The notes under the pieces were generated by a model, which saw nothing but the letters and a program-made list of their open reading frames with translations, was not told where the DNA came from and searched no databases. A stretch of DNA of 64,000 nt. Source: an uncultured Alphaproteobacteria bacterium (GTDB taxonomy: Bacteria; Pseudomonadota; Alphaproteobacteria; Rhizobiales; Xanthobacteraceae). A program made the position numbers and the translations under genes. The stretch is taken from contig CAVRRK010000002.1 in assembly GCA_963723625.1 (NCBI GenBank), forward strand, positions 205,668 to 269,667, written 5' to 3'. Of the stretch, positions 56,814 through 64,000 are shown piece by piece. The number at the start of each line of letters is the position of its first letter. Position 1 is the stretch's first letter.

Positions 56814-58022
56814 ATGCGCGAAGCGACACTACGAGACCGCGTCAATAGTCTGCTGACGGCATCGGGACGCAGCGACGTTCCGCCGTTCATGGTGATGGAT
56901 GTGATGGCGGCGGCGGCGCGAATCGAGGCGGCGGGCGGCCACGTCATTCACATGGAAGTCGGACAGCCCTCGGCATCGGCGCCGGCGACTGCCATCGCGG
57001 CGGCCCACGCGGCGCTCGACGAGGGACGGATCGACTACACTTCGGCGCTTGGCATTCCATCGCTGCGGGCGCGTATCGCGAGGCATTACCGTGGTGCTTA
57101 TGGCTGCGATGTCGATCCCGAGCGCATCGTCGTGACCACGGGATCATCGGGCGCGTTCATTCTGGCGTTTTTGGCGCTGTTCGAGCCCGGCGACCGCGTC
57201 GCCGTGACGGTGCCGGGATATCCGCCGTACCGGCATATCCTGACCGCGCTCGGTTGCGAGCCGGTGCTGATCGAAACGCACAGCGATACGCGTCATGCGC
57301 TGACCGGCGAGGCGTTGCTTGCGGCGCATCGAAAGACGCCGTTGAAGGGCGTGCTGGTCGGCAGCCCGGCCAATCCCACGGGCACCATGATGTCGCGCGA
57401 GGCCTTGACCAGCCTGATCGCGGCTGCGGAGAGCGAGGGCATCCGCTTCATTTCCGACGAGATCTATCACGGCCTCGACTATGCCTTTCCCGCAGTGACC
57501 GCGGCGCAGCTGTCGCCCCGTGCATTGGTGATCAACTCGTTCTCCAAGTATTTTTGCATGACGGGCTGGCGGGTAGGGTGGATGGTGGTCCCTGAACCGC
57601 TGGTGCGGCCGATCGAACGTCTGCAGCAAAACCTGTCGATCTCGGTGCCGACGTTGTCGCAGCTTGCCGCCGAGGCGGCCTTCGAGGGCCGCGACGAGAT
57701 GGAAACCGTCAAGCGCGGCTATCAGGAAAACCGCCAGATTTTGATCGAGGGATTGCCGCAGGCCGGTCTGACGAAATTTTTGCCGGCCGACGGTGCGTTC
57801 TACCTTTACGCTGACGTCTCGGATTTCACTTCCGACAGTTTCGATTTCGCCACGAAGATGCTGGAGCAGGCGCACGTTGCCGCAACGCCGGGCATCGACT
57901 TCGATCCAATCCACGGCCACCGGTTCATCCGGCTTTCCTACGCGCGATCGGCGGATGAAATGCGCGAAGCGGTGGTGCGCATTGCCCGGTGGCTGAGACA
58001 AGGTGCGCCGACGCGAGGTTGA
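56814..58022 (+). CDS. PLP-dependent aminotransferase class I/II
   Basis: SPANPTG, SDEIYH, NSFSKYFCMTGWRVG. Confidence 0.94.
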   Translation: MREATLRDRVNSLLTASGRSDVPPFMVMDVMAAAARIEAAGGHVIHMEVGQPSASAPATAIAAAHAALDEGRIDYTSALGIPSLRARIARHYRGAYGCDVDPERIVVTTGSSGAFILAFLALFEPGDRVAVTVPGYPPYRHILTALGCEPVLIETHSDTRHALTGEALLAAHRKTPLKGVLVGSPANPTGTMMSREALTSLIAAAESEGIRFISDEIYHGLDYAFPAVTAAQLSPRALVINSFSKYFCMTGWRVGWMVVPEPLVRPIERLQQNLSISVPTLSQLAAEAAFEGRDEMETVKRGYQENRQILIEGLPQAGLTKFLPADGAFYLYADVSDFTSDSFDFATKMLEQAHVAATPGIDFDPIHGHRFIRLSYARSADEMREAVVRIARWLRQGAPTRG

Positions 58023-58157
58023 TCCTTTACCGCTGACGATCCAAGTGAAAACATGCGCGGCCCATTGACACCGCATGCGCAAATGATTTGGCTGTAGCTC
58101 AGGAATTGGTTCTGCGCGCGAGCGCCAGAGCCCGGGATGTACGGGGGAGGAAATGCC

Positions 58158-59511
58158 ATGACGACAGCTACGGTGGCGCGCAGCGCGAGCTCCGGCTCGT
58201 GCGGCAAAACCTTGGTACAAGGTGCTTTATGTCCAGGTGCTGATCGCGATCGTGCTCGGCGCCATTGTCGGCTGGTTATGGCCCAACTTTGCGACCAACG
58301 ACTGGATCAAGGCGCTCGGCGACGGTTTCATCAAGCTGATCAAGATGGTGATCGCGCCCATTATCTTCTGCACCGTGGTATCGGGCATCTCTCATATTCA
58401 GGACGCCAAGAAAGTCGGACGCATCGGCGTCAAGGCGCTGCTCTATTTCGAGGTCGTCTCAACATTCGCGCTGGTTATCGGGCTCGATTGTCGGCAACGT
58501 GGTCCGGCCGGGCGCGGGGTTCGGCGGGGCCGCGGCCAATGCGCAGGCGGTAGCGACCTACGCCAAACAGGCTGAGGCACAGAAGAGCGTCGACTTCTTC
58601 CTCCACATCATTCCCGATACCGTCGTCGGCGCCTTCGCGACCGGCGAGATCCTGCAGGTGCTGTTGTTTTCAATTCTGTTCGGTTTTGCGATCATGGGGC
58701 TCGGCGAACGCGGGCATACGCGTGCGCTCGTTTATCGACGATGCCGCCCACGCGCGTTTTCGGCGTCATTTCCATCGTCATGAAGGCGGCGCCGATCGGT
58801 GCGTTCGGTGCGATGGCTTACACCATCGGCAAATTCGGAACCGGCGCGATCCTGAATTTGATCGGCCTGATCGCCACGTTCTACGTCACGGCCGCGCTGT
58901 TCGTCGTCGTCGTGCTCGGCGTTGTCGCGCGCTTCGTCGGGTTCAACATCTTCAAGTTCCTGGCCTACATCAAGGACGAACTCCTGATCGTGCTCGGCAC
59001 GTCATCGTCGGAAAGCGCGCTGCCTTCCTTGATGGAAAAGCTGGAGCGGCTGGGTTGCTCGAAATCGGTGGTCGGACTGGTGGTGCCGACCGGTTATTCG
59101 TTCAACCTCGACGGCACCAACATCTACATGACACTGGCGACGCTCTTCATCGCGCAGGCGCTCGGTTTCGACCTGACGCTGGGTCAGCAGATCACGATTC
59201 TGCTGGTAGCGATGCTGACATCGAAGGGCGCGTCCGGCATTACCGGCGCGGGTTTCATCACACTGGCGGCAACGCTTGCGGTGGTCGATCCACGGCTGGT
59301 GCCGGGCATGGCGATCGTGCTCGGGATCGACAAGTTCATGAGCGAATGCCGCGCGCTCACCAATCTATGCGGCAACGGCGTCGCCTGCGTGGTCGTGTCG
59401 TGGTGGGAAGGCGAACTCGATCACGAGAAACTGCACGCCGGTCTCAATCAAAGATATCGATCCGTCGGATTTGCAGACGGCCGTCACCACGGGCTGAGCG
59501 TTCCGCAATAG
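58158..59511 (+). CDS. dctA: C4-dicarboxylate:cation symporter (frameshifted)
   Basis: [36 protein letters not shown]. Confidence 0.9.
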
Positions 59512-59520
59512 CTTTTCAAT

Positions 59521-59552
59521 AAAAAACCGCCCGGTCGTGCCGGGCGGTTTTT
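59521..59552. terminator. Bidirectional rho-independent terminator
   Basis: aaaaaaccgcccgg-tcgtg-ccgggcggttttt between dctA and rne. Confidence 0.85.
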
Positions 59553-59569
59553 CGATTCCTCGTCTGAAA

Positions 59570-62500
59570 TTACTCTCCGTTGCCGAAGGCGCGCGACCAC
59601 CATCCAGCCTTGCGCGGCTGACTTTCGCTCGCGGATTCGGGTTTGGCCGGTGCGGGAGCAGGCTCGGGCCGGGGCTGAGGGTCGGTTGCCGCAGCCGGTT
59701 GTGCAGTCAGGAAGCTTACTTTCTCGCGTACCGTTGAACGCCGGCGCGCCGCCTTGTCAGACTCCTGCGCCGTATCGTCTTGCGCGGGAGCGGTGGGCGC
59801 GTCCTGATGCTGGCTCGGCTGCCGCGGCTCGGGCTGCGAAGGGACAGACTCCACCGCTTGCGCTTCGTGATGTTGAGGCTGCGGAGAATATGCCGGTTGA
59901 TCGGATGCGGCCGCGATCGGTTCCGAGACATGATCGTCCGCCATCGATCCCGGCAATCCATCCTCCGGTCCGCCGCGCCGGCGGCGTCCGCCCCGACGTC
60001 CGCGCCGCCGAGGCCGCCGCTCGCCGTTCTGATCTACCGGACCGGCACCCGGCGGGTGTCCGGATTCGTTATCATCGATTTCACCGTCATCGCCGGCGGT
60101 GCCGACAGCTTCGGCCTCGGGAGCGACACTCGCCATGTCGCTATCGCCGCGTGGCGGACGGTCTTCACGCGCTTCGCCCGGACGGCCGCGCCGCCGGCGC
60201 CGCCGTTTGCGCTTGTGTCCGTCGGCATCGGTCTCGCCTTCAACGCTGTCGCCGCTGCCTTCGCTGCCAGATTGATCGGAAACCAGTCCTTCGGTTTCTT
60301 CGGTTTCAACTTCAGCTTCGACATCGAAGGGCTCTTCGTCTTCAAAGGCTTCCTCGACATGCACCGGGAAGGCCGCGACTTGCGCTGCCAAAACAGCCTT
60401 CGCGGCTTCCGGGGTGTGCATCTGTTCGCCGCGCTCGATGATAAACGACTGCTGTGCGGTAACAGTCGCATCGGCGATCACGGCAAGCGTTACCTTGAAA
60501 CTGCTTTCGAGATCGCGCAGATGCGCGCGCTTATGGTTGAGCACGTAAAGCGCCACATCGGTGCGCGTTCGCACGATGAGATTATGCGTGGCGCCCTTCA
60601 TCAGGATTTCTTCGAGGCCGCGCACGAGTTGCAGCGCCACCGAAGACACCGAGCGAACATGGCCGCTGCCGCCACATTGCGGGCAAGGCTCTGTCGAACT
60701 CTCCAGAACGCTGGCGCGAATGCGCTGGCGCGACATTTCCAACAGGCCGAAATGAGAGATGCGGCCGACCTGGATGCGCGCGCGATCCTGGCGCAGGCAA
60801 TCGCTGAGTTTGCGTTCGACCGAGCGGTTGTTGCGCTTCTCATCCATGTCGATGAAGTCGATGACGATCAGGCCGGCGAGGTCACGCAGCCGTAACTGTC
60901 GCGCAACTTCTTCGGCCGCCTCCATGTTGGTTTTGAGCGCGGTGTCCTCGATGTGATGTTCGCGGGTCGAACGGCCCGAATTGACGTCGATCGAAACCAG
61001 CGCTTCGGTCTGGTTGATGACGATGTAGCCGCCCGAGCGTAACTGGACGGTCGGCGAGAACATCGCATCGAGCTGGCTCTCGACGCCCATGCGTGAAAAC
61101 AACGGCTGGCCGTCGCGATATTGCCGGACCGTGCGCACGTTCGATGGCATCAGCATCTTCATGAAATCGCGCGCTTCCTGATATCCGGCTTCGCCGGCGA
61201 CCTGGATTTCGTCGATTTCCTTGTTGTAGAGATCGCGCAGCGACCGCTTGATCAGCGAGCCCTCTTCGTAGACCAGCGTGGGCGCTTGCGACTTCAGCGT
61301 CATGTCCCGCACGGTTTCCCACATGCGGATCAGATATTCGAAGTCGCGCTTGATTTCCGGTTTGGTCCGCGACGCACCTGCGGTGCGCAGGATGATGCCC
61401 ATGCCCTCGGGCACGTCGAGATCCGACACGACGTCCTTCAAGCGCGAACGATCCTGCGCGGATGTGATCTTGCGGCTGATGCCGCCACCGCGCGCGGTAT
61501 TCGGCATCAAAACCGCGTAGCGGCCAGCCAGCGAGAGATAAGTCGTCAGCGCAGCACCCTTGTTGCCGCGCTCTTCCTTGACGACCTGGACCAGCATCAC
61601 CTGCCGGCGCTTGATGACTTCCTGAATCTTGTATTGACGGCGGGGCCGGAAAGCTCGCTCCGGCACTTCCTCCAGCACGTCCTCGCCGCCGACGGATTCG
61701 ACGATTTCTTCTTCGGCGTCCTCGCCTTCGTCTTCATCGTCGCCCTCGGCGGAGATGTCCGCACCTTCCGCGCTGATCTGCGCGCTATGGACGGCATGCT
61801 CGCTGTCGTCGTGGTGCGCGGCGACCAGCTCGCGATGCTCGTCATCATCACCATGCGAGTGAGAGTGCTCGGGGTGGTCATGGTTTGAGTGGTCATGATC
61901 GGCGTGGTGGTGGTCAGCCGGGTGTTGGACCGATCTCCGCAGGAGGAGCGGACTCCGCCTGTGACGAAGTGCCGTCATCGGGGTGCAGCGTCTGCATCGG
62001 CTGCGCGTCGCCGGCGGGCTCTGGGGCGACTGCGTGCGAGAACTCGGCCGCCGGAGCAGTCTGCTCATTGTTGTCGGCATCGTCGCGCGTCGGTTGATCG
62101 TGGTCGCCGGCATGCAATTGATGCTGCTCGGGCGCAGCGTCGGAATGGCCATGCTCGGGTTGATCCTCGTCGCTGCCGTCGCCGATATGCGGCTGCGGAG
62201 CCTGCGAGGGGTCTAGCCCAGCGTTCTCGACGATCTCGCTCTGGACACGCTCGCCACTGCCGCGCCGGCGCTGGTTGCGATGTCGCGGGCGCTTGCCGCG
62301 GCTGGAGCGGTTGTCGGTTTCTTCCTCGGCTTCACGATGCGCGCGCTCGTCGGCTTCGATCAGCGCCTGCCGGTCGGCGACCGGTATCTGGTAATAGTCC
62401 GGATGAATTTCACTGAAGGCCAGAAAACCGTGGCGATTGCCGCCGTATTCGATAAAGGCCGCCTGCAGCGACGGTTCTACCCGCGTGACCTTTGCGAGAT

Positions 62501-62627
62501 AGATGTTGCCGCGAAGCTGCTTGCGCTGCGCGGTTTCAAAATCAAATTCTTCGACGCGATTGCCGCGCACCACGACCACCCGGGTCTCTTCCGGATGCGT
62601 GGCGTCGATCAACATTTTGTTGGGCAT
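59570..62627 (-). CDS. rne: Ribonuclease E (frameshift near 61915)
   Basis: MLIDATHPEETRV, GNIYLAKV..EPSLQAAF, KEERGNKGA, IDVNSG, IDFIDM, CPQC, C-terminal KAGWW. Confidence 0.96.
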
Positions 62628-63242
62628 GTTTGAACTCTTGACGGCGGAGGCCACGCAGGGCGGCGGGCGCGCAACGCGCAGCCGGGCGACGCGACGGTCC
62701 ACCTGATTCGGGGGTGAGGGGAAGGCCGAAACGCAACCTGGCACGCCGTACCGAGGCCAAGTCCAATGCAGCGCGTCGTGCGAAGCTCTCGCTTCGCATC
62801 GGCGTCGTTGCGTAGGTCATGGTCGGCATTACAGTCTGGCGCATCAAGCGTCGGCCCGTCTGAACACGTTGGCGGCAAGATGCCGCCTCATTGACGCTGA
62901 AACCCGGCTTGGCGCCGAAGCGCTCGCCGGTCTCCATATCGCGGCATTGCGGCCGGATAATCGGTCGTGGAGTGTCTAAAGCCGTCCCTGGAAAGATAGT
63001 ACCTGGACCGGACGCCGCTCGGGCTCGAAACCGCCCATCCGATCAGCCGCGCGCCGCGCTGGCTGGAGAAAGGTCGGAAAGACGCTGGAACCTAGATTAC
63101 AGTTCCGGCGCTGCACCGGGAGGCTGAACGCTACACAACCGGGAGTTAAACCTTCAGCCTCTTGTACATACGCGGAACGTCGTTTTCGCGCAAGGGATGC
63201 GTCGCGCCTACGCAACATCAGCATTTATTAGGGAAGCGGGTG

Positions 63243-63257
63243 TTAAGGTGCGATTAA
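63243..63257. promoter_or_regulatory. CtrA binding site
   Basis: TTAA-ggtgcga-TTAA (N7) about 50 nt upstream of the amidase. Confidence 0.7.
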
Positions 63258-63305
63258 CCGTACCGTTTTATTGCCTTTAGAAGGGCTGCTTGAAGGCAGA
63301 AATCG

Positions 63306-64000
63306 TTGGCAAGCCGCGCAAATCACGGGATTTTGCTGGCAGCGACGCTTGGGTGCGCCGCAGCATTGCTATGTCTCGGGCCTGCCGATCTCCGTGCCGA
63401 TGACGCTGCCTCAAGCACGGCCGTCGCGCCAAATTTTCCGATCGCGTCGGAAGCACGTTTGGCCGGCGATGAAAAACAGACGCGCTTCATTCTCGACCTC
63501 GACCGGAACGTACCATTTCGAGCGTTCACACTGGCCGACCCCTACCGCGTCGTCGTCGATGTCCCCCAAGTCAATTTTCAATTGGCCGCGGGGACGGGCG
63601 CCACAGGGCGTGGATTGATTAGGGCGTTCCGATATGGGCTGGTGATGCCCGGAGGCTCGCGCCTCGTGTTCGATCTCGCCGGCCCGGCCAAGATCGCCAG
63701 GGCGTATGCGCTCGACGCAGCCAACGGCCAACCGCCGCGGCTCGTACTTGAACTCGAAGCAGTGGACGAATCTGCGTTCGACAGATCGCTCGCCGCGGAG
63801 GACAAGCCTGACCCGCATCCGGACCTGACCGCGACGGTTGTCCACGCGACGGCATCAACCTCCATCGAGGATAACGCTCCGGCGCTCAAAACTCCCGTGG
63901 CGCCGGATAAGCGGCCGGTGGTGGTGATCGACCCCGGCCATGGCGGCATCGACAATGGCACTCAGGCCGACGGGGAAAGCGAGAAGAATCTCGTGCTGAA
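63306..64000 (+). CDS. amiC: N-acetylmuramoyl-L-alanine amidase (3'-truncated; missing from the ORF track)
   Basis: TTG start, signal peptide, AMIN-like TRFILDLD / DPYRVVVD, then RPVVVIDPGHGGIDNG; divergent from rne. Confidence 0.9.
   Translation, partial: MASRANHGILLAATLGCAAALLCLGPADLRADDAASSTAVAPNFPIASEARLAGDEKQTRFILDLDRNVPFRAFTLADPYRVVVDVPQVNFQLAAGTGATGRGLIRAFRYGLVMPGGSRLVFDLAGPAKIARAYALDAANGQPPRLVLELEAVDESAFDRSLAAEDKPDPHPDLTATVVHATASTSIEDNAPALKTPVAPDKRPVVVIDPGHGGIDNGTQADGESEKNLVL

Noticed and set aside
62628-63240. Roughly 600-nt gap between rne and amiC as a novel RNA
   Set aside because: Long rne leaders used for autoregulation are well known, and I could not define a distinct structure

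Overview
High-GC alphaproteobacterial chromosome segment with Bradyrhizobiaceae-like gene content and order (ppk-ppx-rnd, selO, aspS, malic enzyme, nrdJ, aat, accC-accB-aroQ, dctA, rne, amiC). Many housekeeping genes, including essential ones, are split by single-base indels. I read these as sequencing or assembly errors, not pseudogenes. The main signal is an accessory patch just downstream of nrdJ (about 29.5-32.6 kb). It holds an intact DRT2-type antiviral reverse transcriptase (30766-31989, minus) preceded by an ncRNA of about 295 nt. Its template region is predicted to give a 129-nt cDNA unit that, when concatenated, assembles a TTGACG-N17-TATAAG promoter and a stop-free 43-aa repeat ORF (neo-like hidden gene). 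The apparent jump motif is GUU, not the canonical ACA. The patch also has a small GIY-YIG nuclease boxed in by inverted REP-like palindromes and a long structured non-coding element. A homologous element sits at 4.4-4.9 kb, and both are headed by near-consensus promoters sharing TTGACAATATTCCTA. Other items: three GrlR-like beta-barrel genes near an HTH gene and a PilZ gene, an 8-GAF histidine kinase, and a palindromic repeat inserted in-frame in nrdJ. All family calls come from reading motifs by eye; no searches were run.
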